The notes under the pieces were generated by a model. It was not told the DNA's origin. It saw nothing but the letters and a program-made list of their open reading frames with translations, and made no database searches. A DNA stretch of 64,000 nucleotides, from assembly GCF_009914755.1 (NCBI RefSeq), contig NC_060926.1. One strand, written 5' to 3'. Shown here piece after piece: positions 37,943-52,121 of this stretch (positions within the stretch are counted from its first letter, which is position 1; each line of letters begins with the position of its first letter). This DNA is from the human T2T-CHM13v2.0 reference genome, Homo sapiens. The translations under genes were made by a program, and so were the position numbers.

Positions 37943-38146
37943 GGGCCAAACTCTACCTGCCGTCTGTTTTGTTTAAAACTAAATAAAGTTTTATTGACAC
38001 CCAGCCATACCCATCCATTCACAGATTGTTTGTGGGCTGCTTTTGTGCTACAACAATGTGGTTGAGTTGTTAACACAGAAAATTTGTGGCCCACAAAGGC
38101 TACAATTTACTTTCTAACCCTTTACAGAAACATTTTGACAACTGGC
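37943..38146 (+). mobile_element. MER58A (hAT-Charlie)
   Basis: aataaagttttattgacacccagccatac ... tggcccacaaagg ... ccctttacagaaa. Confidence 0.8.
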
Positions 38147-39774
38147 TTAATCTATAAGATGAGTTAGCCATAAAAGATCCTATAAAATAATACGGAGAAA
38201 ATAGTCCCATCTTTAGAGCAGATTCGGGGGAGGCAGCCTGGTTAAAAATGCCCTCCCTGATCCTGGCTGTCATCCGTGTACCTCCTCACCTACATCTATG
38301 ATCCCTGAATTGGCCATGAGGGAAGCACCCCTTATTCACAGCTTCCTCACTTAAGCACATATGGTCTTGGCAATGGGTGCAGAAGGAGAAACCCAAGGTC
38401 ATCTGATCAGTCTCCTGTACTATGGAGGAATCGCATCCTCCATATCCATGCTCTGTAGTCACGGAAACTCGGCTGGAGTCCTGGAGCAACGCCTCCCACA
38501 GCACAGTGCGTCTTCTCTCATTCCTGCACAACGGAATTGTGAGTGATTCCTCAATGCTGGGCAGAAACTCACTTCCCTGTCACTTCATCAGTGCAGCAAA
38601 ATATTGGAATGCAACCAACATGACTCCTTGGACGTGTCCCCAGCCCTGTCCCCTCTTCACCAGGCTACGAAGCTACATTCCCCTACCTGTGGCTTACAGG
38701 CCACCACCCTGACACTTGGCACTCCTGGCCACCTCTTCCAGCCACAATCCACGGGCCTTTTCTGCATTGCCACACCAGCTCTGTGTCTCCTGGTTTTTTC
38801 TGTTAGCATCTAAGCACTGCCACATCTTCCCCTGAAGTGAAATATTGAAGAAGGAAGAACCCCAGAAGCTGAGGCATGTAGCTTTGTTGCTGCTTTAACT
38901 TGCCACACTTCCTCATTGTCACATCTCACTTTGACCCCATCTTTCCTTGCTAAGGAAGGATGGTGTTTCATGGTTCAGTGCAAAGAGTACTAGACAAGAG
39001 TCCCAAAGATTCAAGGTCTAGTCTAGTCTCTGGCACTGTCTGAGTTTTATAAATTCAGGGAAATTGTCTAATCTATGTGGGCTACTGCTTCCTCATCTAT
39101 AAAATTTCCTCAAGACTAATTCAGCAGCACTCCCATTCTGCTCAGAGCTAGATAATAAGCTGTGCTGACACATGAGGCATTCACAGTGGCACAGTTGCTC
39201 AGAGTGACAGTCATCCCTTGGTAGAAAATGTTTTAATATAAAAACTTAATAGATGTAATGGCAATTTTCTTTGGGAATAAATTGGTCTCTGAATCATACT
39301 CTAAAAACAAACAAAAAAAATTCCTAATGCAGAAAGGACTGTGGTCATTCCTCTTTCTCAAACCCAAATAACACTCTGAGAATCCAGCACATTATTTGAT
39401 CCTTTTCTCTTAAAAAAAAAGTGCATACATTTTCTGCAGACTGAGAGGGCATGGGGGATAAGACGCAGGTGGATTTCAGATAATCAAAGTCACCCTGCAT
39501 CTCCTATTAAGCAGCTTGAACTTTATCCTGAAGGCTATGGGACCCCCATTAAAGCTGTTAACACAGGACAGTGACATTATCATATTTCCACTTTAAGAAT
39601 TTAGAAGATAGTCACGATTATAGAGAATGACTTGGGAGTGCAGGAGTGGTGTGCAGGGTGGAGGCTGGGGTGGAACAGAGGGTGGGCAAGTGGTAAGGCA
39701 GAGGGAATGAGGCCTGAGAGAAGGGTAGTAGTTGTTGAGGTCATTACTGTTCAGGGTGAGGTCCAGGAACAAGA

Positions 39775-39900
39775 AGCAGCCCTTAGGAGCTTGCCAGATT
39801 GCAGAATCTCAAGCCCCACACAGATCTTCGAAGTCAGGATCCACATTTGAACATGACGCCCAAGGGATTTGCACTTCCTTGAGGAAAAAAGTGCTGGACT
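39775..39900. mobile_element. MER5A fragment
   Basis: ggagcttg ... tgcagaatctcaagccccac ... catttgaacatgacgccc. Confidence 0.55.
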
Positions 39901-39929
39901 AGGTTTTGGTTATCGGGCCTTAGAGATGC

Positions 39930-40298
39930 TGTATTAGTTTGTTCTCACACTGCTATAAAGAACTACCTGAGACTGGGTAATTTATAAAGAAAAGAGGTTT
40001 AATTGACTCACAGTTCTGCATGGCTGGGGAGGCCTCAGGAAACTTACAATCACGGCTGAAGCTAAAGGGGAAGCAAGGCACATCTTCACAAGGCAGCAGG
40101 AGAGAGAGAGAGTGAAGGGGAAAGTGCCACACTTTTAAACCATCAGATCTCAGGAGAGCTCATTCACTATCACAAGAACAGCAAGGGGGAAATCCGACCC
40201 CCGTGATCCAATCACCTCCCACCCGGTCTCTCCCCTGACACATGGGGATTACAGGTCAACATGAGATCTGGGTGGACACACAGAGCTAAACCATATCA
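39930..40298 (-). mobile_element. THE1D/MSTA-like MaLR solo LTR
   Basis: TG...CA ends (tgtattagtttgttctcac ... aaaccatatca); perfect 5-bp TSD GATGC at 39925-39929 and 40299-40303. Confidence 0.93.
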
Positions 40299-40736
<438 letters not shown>

Positions 40737-42717
40737 CTATAACACTTTACTGGAGTTATGTCCAATGAGCATTTGAAAATATAGGTTTATAGTTCAGCCA
40801 ATGGCTTTAGTAAAAATAAAGATTTGGAATTCAAGATATACTTGAAGCTGGAAAAAAAATGATGATGTCGCCCAGGAAGAACATATAAGTAAGTAGAGAA
40901 GATAAGATGAGAGAAGAAAATGAAGAAGAGAAGAGAAAGATATGAGTACAAATCCTAAAATAACTGCCAGTTCAGGGAAAAAGAGATGAAGTTGAGTCTG
41001 TCAATGATTCCCAGCAGAGAATTATACTTGACCTCAGAACCATTCATTGACCTCGGATACCCATTTGTCCTTTTACTAGCTACCAAACTCCCTTGTCTTA
41101 GCTCAGCACATAGCTGCTCACTCAACACTGTTAGGTGCTTCAGAAGCCAAGGAGGATGAGGAGTGACAGCCTCCTAGTTTGGAAATTAGAGAAACAGTGG
41201 TTACTTTAATGAGAGCAGGTACAGGGAGGTGGCAGAGTAGTAGCCAATGTGAATGGAAAGTGGGAAAGAGAAGATGATACATGTCCATTGTGCAGGCTTT
41301 TGCAAGAAAGGAAATGAGAGAAGAGGGTTGTCCTCCAAGGAGGAGTCTTGTTAAAAGGATTTTGTTTTGTTTTATTGTTTTAAGGATGGTGTACATTTAA
41401 GTGTGCTGACAGGCTGAGATCAAGAATCCAGGGAAAAGCCAGAGGTGGGAATCTGAAGATACAGAACAGATGTAGGGGGCAAAGCAAGAACTCAGAGAAT
41501 GGGAGGTCAGGGGGTCGAGAGACATGCCTGTGTCTTGGACAAGAGGTGAACCCACAGTGGCTATGTGGACTTCAATCACCAAGGCTCGTTATGAACTATA
41601 AAGCAGGTTAATGTAGCTGAAAGGCAGCCCCCAGTGCAGCCGAGGTACTTGTGCCATTGGCCAAAGGGCCAACGACAAACTAACGTTTCAAGTGGCAGTT
41701 GAGTGCTCAGGTCCACTGAATAACATTCCAGAGAATCCCTTGCCTTCCCTCGATGTTCTGCCTCCTGGAACCTCAATCTCAAGCCATTCAGGAATGCCTG
41801 AGAAACCTCGAAGCTGGCTTTAAAAAAGCTATGTATCTATTTGCAAAAATCACCTTTGCCATTTAACTAGACTTTAGCTCTAACTTATAAACCAGCCCAA
41901 TGTTTTCATACCTGTATTTGTACAAGATGTAGAGAAAACGTCACATTTCATAAAGAGTGAAAAGCATGGAAATCAGGAGAGCAATTAAACTGCCAGATCA
42001 GGAAGCACTTTCTGGTGTTGACACTGACTCTGTTTACAATAGCACTCGTTCAGTAAACCCTCAATGATTCCTACAGAAAACAAAATCAAGAAATTACTTT
42101 GTCAGAATGTGCAAATTTAACCTCCAGGGATTTGGGGAGGGGGTGGTGGGAGCAGTTCGGTAATTACAAGTCGCATGGAGGTACTTCATTCTTGGCAGTG
42201 ATGGGGAAGCGCAAATTGAAAAGTATGTAGTGACAGTTGGTGGCAGAAATCCTAGAGAAAACTAAGCCTGCCAGGTACCAATCCGTGCATGACAAGATCA
42301 TCGCAAATGCTTGGATGACTCATATTTTCCCCTTACAGTTGCATGCTGGTTCTACGATATGTGATTTTTGAGATTTGATGATTATACCTGGTGTCACACA
42401 TGGTCTCAGGAGACACCACAATCTTTTTTCTGCTTCCTTCTCTCGGGTCAAAAACCCAGCAGGGTGAAAAATATTCAAAATGTTGTGGAGGTTAGACATC
42501 ATTTTGGGGTTTTTGAGAGCTAAAGTTAGTTAAACTCTTCTGATTTTGAAATTAACAAGGAGAAATAAAGCAAACAAACAAACAATCATGGCACGGGCTA
42601 AGCATCGCATTAGCAACAAACATTGACTATGCACCCTTATTCTAAGTAAGGGGAAGGGCTGAGTGATTCCACCCATCATTTCTTCCTTCTTGCATCCCAT
42701 AAATAGTTAGAAGACAC

Positions 42718-43211
42718 TATGCTGCCTTGCTAGGGCTGCTACAACAACGTCCCACAGACCGGGTGCTTAACAACAGAAATGCACCATCTCATGGTCTGGA
42801 GGCCAAAAGTCCAAGATCAAGGTGTGGGCAGGGTTGGTTCCCTCTCAGGCTGTGAAGGAGACTCTGTCCTGGGCCTCTCCCCCAGCCCCGGTGCTTCGCT
42901 GGCCGCCATCAGTGTTCCTGGGCTTATAGAAGCATCATCCGGATCTCAGCCTTCATGTTTACATGGCCCCCTCCTGTGTGTATGCCTGTATTCAAATTTC
43001 CCCTTTTTAGAAGGACACTAGTCATCCTGGATTGGGGCCACTCTAATGCCCTTACCTTAACTTGGTGTAAATATCTTATATCCAAATAAGGTCATATTCT
43101 AAGGTGCCAGGGTTTAGGACTCTAACATATCTGTTTTTCTTTTTCTTGTTATTTCATTTTTTTTTTTTTTTTGGTGGGATGTGCGGAGGGGCCACATTCC
43201 AACTGACAGCA
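42718..43211 (-). mobile_element. MLT1C-like MaLR LTR
   Basis: agggctgctacaacaa ... ggaggccaaaagtccaagatcaaggtg ... ccaaataaggtcatattctaagg. Confidence 0.82.
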
Positions 43212-43510
43212 GGCACTTACTTTGAACTTGGCCCTATCCTAGGTGACAGGTGGGCAGTGGTCAACAAAGGAGAGACAGCGCTTGTCCTCATAGAGTTCAG
43301 AATCGGGAGGAAGGACCAGTCAGTCTATTAACAGGCACTTAGCAAATAGTGACTTCATGACAGTTACAGGGAATGCTAGGAGGGAAAACCCGCGGGTGCT
43401 AGGAAAATGTGCAATGGAGGGATGCACGCAGTCGTGGGGCCAGGATCTGCTCCCCAGGAAACGGCGCTGAGAGGAGGACAGTGTCGCCAGGCTAGGAGGG
43501 TGAGGGCGTC
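43212..43510 (-). mobile_element. L2 3' fragment
   Basis: ggccctatcctaggtgac ... gtcctcatagagttcag antisense L2 3' motifs. Confidence 0.55.
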
Positions 43511-43929
43511 AGCGGAGAGAACGGCCTGCGTGGGGGCTGGTGGGCGGAGCGGGTGGATCTTGGCAAACGGCAGGAATGGAAACGGCTGGAGCATATGTCT
43601 CAGTGACATCGCCACGGAAATGAGAAAGAGAACCTGCCATTCTCACTGACTGCTCTCTTATCTCCCCACAGGGTACTGTTCTGTGGGCTCCTCTCACGCA
43701 CTCCCTTCCTCCCCTCTTTTTATAACATTTGGAAGCTTTTCATTTTGTGTTTCCTTATTTTTCAGGAATACATTCATGAACTACCCAAGGCCAATGCCCT
43801 GTTTGTATAAGGCATGTTCCCCATACCTGGTTTCTGGCTACCACCTTATAAGAAGCAAGCTGTGACAGCTCACAGCCCCCAGCCCCCTTTGCTGAATTGG
43901 GTACTTCTTCACTACGTTCTAGCAACTTC

Positions 43930-44170
43930 TATGGCATCCTCATTAAAAGCCCAGATTCTGGATTCAGGCTGCCTGGGTGGGAACTCTGTCGCAGTGAATT
44001 GCTCCGAGTCTCCCCTTCCTCAGCTGTAGAACAGGCATGGGGAGAGTTCAGCACTCCGAATACCCTGCTCCCCAATTTGTTATGAAGATCAAATGAATGA
44101 GTCCAGGTAACGGACTTGGAACATTTCCTGGCATAGAATAAGCAGACAATAAGCATTAGACATGACAACA
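43930..44170 (+). mobile_element. MIR (donor of the 167-bp duplication)
   Basis: ttaaaagcccagattctggattcaggctgcctgggt ... ttgttatgaagatcaaatga ... cctggcatagaataagc. Confidence 0.7.
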
Positions 44171-44477
44171 CTCAATGTAGGTCCTGCCACCTTTAAATGC
44201 TCTTTCACATGATTTTAAGTTTCTTAGGGACCTTTTTACCCAGTGCCTAACGAATCACGTGGATATAGTACATGCACAGTCAATACTCATTGAGTGAACG
44301 AATACAAGAATGAAGCATGTATTGAAGCAGTGCCTGAAAACGACAGATTCTAATTCCTGCTTCAAATTAGAAATGGCTTAAGAGAAAAGATTAAGGTCCT
44401 TTCTAACTTTAAGAATCTTTTCTTTAAAGAATTACTACATTCATATTCTATGAATTTATGGATTCATAGCTTGTTTA

Positions 44478-44578
44478 TTATTTGTGAGCTACTTTGTGAA
44501 TTATTAATTGTGAGCTGATTTGTGAATTATTTGTGAGCTAATTTGTGAATTGTTATTTGTGAGCTGACTCACAAATAA
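44478..44578. repeat. ~23-bp tandem repeat (about 3.7 copies) ending in a fold-back hairpin
   Basis: ttatttgtgagctaatttgtgaa units; final ttatttgtgag-ctga-ctcacaaataa. Confidence 0.9.
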
Positions 44579-45084
44579 TCTGACAAATGAAGAGACCACA
44601 GTTACAAAAAAAAAAAAAAACCACTTCGTGCTTGTTTTATTTAAAGTGTTTTGAGGCAATAACTATAGGTTCATATTTTAAAATATATAAATCACCATAA
44701 AATGTCAGGGGACATCCTGAAAGCTCCCTATTAAGAGGGTCTCTGTGTCAGTAAGGTAGGCTGTAAGTCCATTCAATCAAATGAAGTATGAGTGTGTTCA
44801 ACACAACATGTCAGTTGTTGTGGATACTAAAGGTCTTCAGGCAGTACTCGTGATGCATCATCATGCAGTAAGTGTCAGCTTTTACACTTAATTCTCACAT
44901 AATCATGGGAGGGAAATGTTATCATCACATTATATGGAAGTAGAAAAATGCAGAAGCTGTTTCAAAGCCAAGTTTCTCTTCAGGGACTTTCAAATAGCCT
45001 TTCTGGTTTTATCCTAGAAATATGCTTCTTAAACTCCATTTCGAGTTTGGTTCACAAAGGCATACAACAAGTTTATTGTGTGTG

Positions 45085-45960
<876 letters not shown>

Positions 45961-46943
45961 ATACAATAAAACTCAAACTTGTTTTGTCCTCAAAGCCAGG
46001 GTAGACATTGAGGAAAGGAGAAAATGTAATTAAACATGGCACTTGGTGTCCTCTAGTGGCTCAAGAATGTTGGCTCCAGGAGTGGGAAAACCCAGTGGCT
46101 GGAGAGTAGAGGAGAGCCACTCACGCTGCAGGGCATGGTGTTTGAGCAAGGACAGCTCCTCCTCACACGGGGTCATCCTGGCTGCCTCTCACATAGGAGA
46201 TGGTGAGAATGGGTATGCCAGCCACCTTTCCAGATATTGCTGAACTATATCAGCATGTGCTGCCATCAAAGAATCAGCAAAGGTAACTGACTAAACCCAA
46301 AGGGAGAAAGGTTGATGACTTTGATTTATTCAGGCAGAAACATTGAAAAATGATCAACTTGTACACTCCAATAAAGGTAAAGAGAGACAAATAACTGAGG
46401 CTTGGGACAGTGTTTTCAAATGTTTTTCAGCTGAACCTGAGTATCATTATTGTAAAAATCACAGAATCATCTGTGAATGATGAAGTTCAGAGATGTCCTC
46501 ATCACACATCAGATAATAGACATCAGAGTCAAAAAAAAAAAAAAAAAGTTCAAATAATCTAATGTGCCAGAATTCCATCCTACAGTTCAGGTCTCATCTT
46601 GGTCATCACTATCAGTTGGTAAATGTACATTAGATTTAAAAACATCATTAAAATTCAAGTGGAATAACCCAAGTTTTTCCAGTGGCAGCAGATATGACAG
46701 TTGCATTTAAACACCTTTCACTTGCAAATAGACCTACTTAATATATCAGGCAACATCTCTAAAAAAGAGATGAGGGATGAAGAAATGTTGAGATACAACA
46801 AAAGTCATTTTACTACATCTGTGCAGATCTGGAAAAGAGACTTGTCAGTAAGATAACTGTACGTAGATCAAATAGTGTACAGGCATCATTGTAATTGTTC
46901 AGAAGAAATTTTTTATAAAGTGTTTTTTATAGAGTGTTTATAG

Positions 46944-47110
46944 CCGAGTCTCCCCTTCCTCAGCTGTAGACCAGGCATGGGGAGAGTTCAGCACTCCGAA
47001 TACCCTGCTCCCCAATTTGTTATGAAGATCAAATGAATGAGTCCAGGTAATGGACTTGGAACATTTCCTGGCATAGAATAAGCAGACAATAAGCATTAGA
47101 CATGACAACA
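46944..47110 (+). repeat. 167-bp direct duplicate of 44004-44170
   Basis: Base-by-base match with 2 substitutions (44031a/46971c, 44111c/47051t). Confidence 0.97.
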
Positions 47111-47149
47111 TTTAGAAATTTTATTTCTAAATTTGCCAATCTAGATTTT

Positions 47150-50100
47150 ATGAAATTCATTTTAAAAAGAGTGAAAATATGAATTAAATACATTTCCCTT
47201 TCTTCTTGAGTTTCCTAATGCATGATTGATAGTTAAAGCAAAAATTGTAAGGCTATCTCATATACTTGTTATAAATATATGTAGGAAAAGACATTTAAGA
47301 CAATTATATTATTAATAGGGAGGGATAATGGGTAAGATTTCTACACTTCACTTGAACTGTTAAAATGTCAACATCAGTAGCCTGTGTTATAAATATAAAA
47401 TGTGATATTTGAGCAATAACTAAAAAGTTCATACAAAGAGATATAATCAAAAACTCTATAAATTAATCAAAAGGAGATCTAAAAAATGTTAAAGGGAAGA
47501 GAAAAAACAAGACAAGAAAGACAAGAGCAAAAAAGAAACAGAAAATAAGGAGAAGACAAAAAATAAAATAACAGACATCAGATTAAACTATGAATAATTA
47601 CATTAAATGTAAATGGTTTAAAAACACTAATTAAAGGCAGGGATTGGCAGATTGGATTAAATAAATGACCCATGGATAAAGGGGCCACCAAGCTAGCCTG
47701 GATATTTGAGAACTGGGACAGCAGCTGCTAAAGCTACATCAGTGGGTAAGCTATAATGATAGAGGTAAATTGGAAATTAAGGAATAGCAATAATATGCCA
47801 TGCAGACATTAATTTTAAAAGTAAGCAGATGTGGCTATATTAATATCAAATAAAGTAAATCTTGGGCCAGGCATGATACCTCACACCTGTAATCCCAGCG
47901 ACTCAGGAGGATGAGGCAGAAGAATCACTTGAACCTGGGAGGCAGAGGTTGCAGCGAACTGAGATCACACCCCTGCACTCCAGCCTGGGCAACAGAGCGA
48001 GACTCTGTCAAAAAAAGAAAAAAGAAAAGACAAAGAAAAAGTAGATTTTAGAGCTAATAAAACTACCAAGAACACAGAGGGGCATTATACAATGACCAAA
48101 TGGTTAATTCACCAAAAGATATACAAATAAAAAATGTGCGGGCATCAAACAATAAGTTGTGAAATATGTGAAGCAAGAACTGATTGAACTGAAAGGAGAA
48201 AAATAGATAGCTGAAAACTTTAACACCTCTTTCTTGACAGTTGCTAGAACTAGACAGAACATCATTATGGATATATAAGAACTGTAACACCATTAATCAA
48301 ATGTATCTAATAGACATTTATACAATACTCTGGCCCAAAACAACAGAAAACACATACTTTCTAGGAATTCTCATATAATAACAACACAGATCATATTCTG
48401 GACCATAAACCCAACCACAATAGAACCAAAACAGAAATCAATAACAGAAATATAACAGAAATATATTCAAGAACTTGGAAACTAAACAGCAGACTTCCAA
48501 ATAACCCATGTGTGAAAGAGGAAGTCTCAAAGAAAGTTAAAACAGAAACAAATAAAAACATTGAACTGAATAAAATGGAAATGCAGTGAAATTTGTGGAA
48601 CATAGCTGAAGCAGTGCTGAAGAAAAATTTATAGTACTCAGTGCTTACATTACAAAGCAGGAAAAGCCTCAACCCAATAATATATGCTTTCACCTCAGGA
48701 ATCTAAACAGGAAAGAGAAAAATAAACTCAAAACAAGGAAAGGGAAGGAAATACTAAAGATTGGAGCAGAAAACCATGATATTGAAAGCAGAAAACATAG
48801 AGAAAATTAATGAAGCAAAGAAACAGTTATTTGAAAAGACCAATAAAATTTAGCAAGCCTCTAGCAATACAGAAGACATAAATAATTGATGTCAGTAATG
48901 AAACTGGGCATATCACTACAAACCCTGCAGAAACATAGATAAAATGAACCAATTCCTGAAAAAGCACAGACAACTATAATTCACTCAATATCAAATACAT
49001 ACTTTGAATAGCACTAGAACTATTAAGAAAATTAAATATGTAATTTTAAAACTTCAAAAGTAGAAATATCTAAGCCCAGATAGTTTCACCAGAAAATTCT
49101 TCCAGGTGGTTAAAGAATAACTAAAGCCAATTCTATACAATCTCTTCCAGAAAATAAAATGGAGAGAATACTTTTCAATTCATTTTATGGAGCTATTACT
49201 ACTATCCTGATAACAAAGCCATACAAAGATAGTAGGAAAAAAGGAAACTACAAATCAATATTCCTCTTGAATGTAGGTGTAAAAAACCATTAACAAAATA
49301 TTAGGAAATAGAAATCATCAATATATAAAGAAAATTATATACCATAACAAATTATGATACCATCACCAATTATTCCAGATATACACGACCAGAATGCATG
49401 AATGTTCAACATTCAAAAATTAGTCAATGTAATCTGCCATATTAACAATCTAGAGAAATTCCAGGATTGTATCAATTGATGCAGAAGAATCATTTAACAA
49501 AATTCAACATCTATTTATGATAAAATCTCTCAGCAAAATAAGAATAGAGGAAAACTTCCTCAATTTGACAAAGAAAATCTATTTTTAAAAACGCAAAAGG
49601 TAGCATTATACTTAATGTTGACAGACAATGCTTTTGTTCCCTAAGACTGGGAACAAGGCCAGTGTGTCCACTCTCACGGCCTTATTCAACATAATATTGG
49701 CAACCAATAGACTAAAGCAAGGAAATAAAGGCATACAGATTAAAGAGGAAGAAATAAAACTATCCATATTTGCAGATAGTATAATTATCTATGTAAAAAA
49801 TCCAGAAGAATCTCAAATAAAGTTCTAGAATTAATCAGCTCAGAAGGGTTCCAAGCTGCAAGATAAATAATCAAAATCAAATATATTTCTGTATACTATC
49901 AATGAACATGTGGACACTGAAATTAAAAATATTATTAACAACTGCTCAAAACATAAGATATTATTAGTGGCAAATATAGCAAAATATATTAAAGACTTGT
50001 AGGCTGAAAACTACCAAAAAAAACTGATTAAATAAATCAAGGAAGATGTAAATATATGGAAAGACATACCATGTTCATGGATGGGAAGATTCAACACAGT

Positions 50101-51312
50101 AAAGATGTCAGTTCTCCCCAGATTGATATAAAGGTTAAATGCAATTGCTATCAAAATTGTAGCAAGATTTTGTGGTAGATATAGACAAGATTATTAAAAC
50201 ATTTATATGAAAATGCAAAGGAACTATAATGGCAAAAATAATTTTGAGAAAATATGAAGTGAAAATAATTAGTTGATACAACTTCAAGACATTTTATACC
50301 CACAGTAATCATGACTGTGTGGTATTCGTTGAGGGGAAGACATATAAGTCTAGGGAACACAATAGTAAATAGAGAAACAGATACACACAAATATGCCCAA
50401 CTGATTTTTGACAAAGGTACAGGAGCAATTCAATGAAGGAAGGGTAGCTTTTTTAAACAAATGGTGCTAGAGTAATTGGCCATCTATAGGCAAGAATTCC
50501 AAAGTATCTCCAAAAATCTTCTATAACTAATATGCAAGTCTCAAGATAAAATATAAGCATGCAAAAATCAAGTATATTCCCACAACATCTTCAACCTAAA
50601 CTTCACAGCTTATACAAAATTTAAATCCAAATAGATCACAGGTTTAAATGGAAAAACAGAGCTATATAATGTATAGAAAACAATAAGAGAAAATTTTAGG
50701 ATCTCAGGCTAAGCAAAGATTTCTTAGACTAGACACAAAAAGCATGATCTATAAAAGAAAAAAATGGTAAACATGGATGTCATCGAAAGTACAAACTTTT
50801 GCTCTGTAAAAGGCCTTGTTAAAAGGATAAAAAGACAAGCTACTGACTGGGAAAAAATCCAATTAGAAAATGTACAAAAGCCATGAACAAATATTTCACT
50901 GCAATCAATATACAGATGGCAAGTAAGTACATGAAAAGATGTTTAACATCATTATCCATCAGGGGAATGCAAAATAAAATCATAATGAAATATCACTACA
51001 TACCCATTAGAATGGTTAAAAAAAAATAGTGACAGCACCAAATACTGGAGAGAATGTGGGGAAACTGGATCACTCATGTGTTGCTGGTAATAATGTAAAG
51101 TTGTACAGCCACACTGGAAAACAGTTTAGCAGTTTTTTATAAAACTAAACTTTCACCTACCATGCACCCAGCAATTGTAGTATAGGGCATTAATCCCAGA
51201 GAAATTAAAATGTGTGTATTGTATCAAGGGTACATGAGATCTTTCTGTATTATTTCTTACAACTGCATGGGAATATACAATTTTCTGAAAATAAAAAGTT
51301 CAATAAAAATAG
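47150..51312 (+). mobile_element. L1MC3-like element (inter-ORF region, decayed ORF2, 3' end)
   Basis: ORF 49628 IFADSII RT relic; 3' end tatttcttacaactgcatgggaatatacaatt ... aataaaaagtt; inter-ORF region similar to 16066-16280. Confidence 0.85.
47865..48036 (+). mobile_element. Solo Alu monomer (AluS-type chimera) inside L1
   Basis: ggccaggcatg start with a right-arm body; approximate TSD aaagta(a/g)at(c/t)tt. Confidence 0.82.
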
Positions 51313-51784
51313 CATAAATTTTTAAAACACAAAAGATTTACAGACTTCATAGTTGTCTGTTTGCTGTCTTCCCAGACCCCACTGCCAGAATGCAAGTGGC
51401 AAGAGAGCTGAGATGAGATGTGGTAGATGTTGACCACTTCTGTGTCTCCTACTCCAAAGAAGTGCATGGTGGACAGTGGACACTGAAATCTTTGTTGAAC
51501 ATGTCAGGGCAGGGACAGGCGCTGCAGAGTGACTTTCATAGAGCAAGGTATCCCGGACTGAAGCTTAGCAAATAATTCCACAGTGCAGGGCCCTGCCCAT
51601 GCTTTCAAACATGTCTTAAACCCACGCTCCACCACTGACAGGTGCCCTGCCTGGCTCTGTTCTGGAATTCTTCAAGAAACCTGGAGATAATGTAGATCTA
51701 GTGCTTGTCATTTCAATTCTGCCTTATGAAGCATGTCATTCAGTTTGCTTTGTGAAAATATCATTAAAGCTGTATCCTATAATG

Positions 51785-52020
51785 AAAATAATGGCAGCTG
51801 ACATTTATTAAGCATTTACAATGTGCTGGACATGTTTCTAAGCATTTTAATCTATTTTCCCATTTAAGCCATACAACTTGGTAATTCTGTCATCTTCATT
51901 TTTAAGACACTGAGGAGGAGAGATATTAAGTAATTAACTGAGAGTTACAAGCCATTAAGTGTTTGAAGAGATATCCAAACTCTGGAGTTTCATTCTTGAA
52001 CCCTGTAAACCATTCCACTG
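51785..52020 (-). mobile_element. MIR
   Basis: gctgacatttattaagcatttacaatgtgc ... cattttt ... ttaagtaa. Confidence 0.7.
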
Positions 52021-52121
52021 TGTGGCCTCACATAGCACAAGACTGAGTCCTGCATAAGGACAGGAGGTATTGACTTCCATAAATTTCGCTATCACATAGT
52101 GCATGAGGTATTTCAATTATG

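Noticed and set aside
46334-46376. 43-nt AG..GT candidate micro-exon (AETLKNDQLVHSNK)
   Set aside because: Weak pyrimidine tract, not frame-preserving, and the peptide is unrecognised
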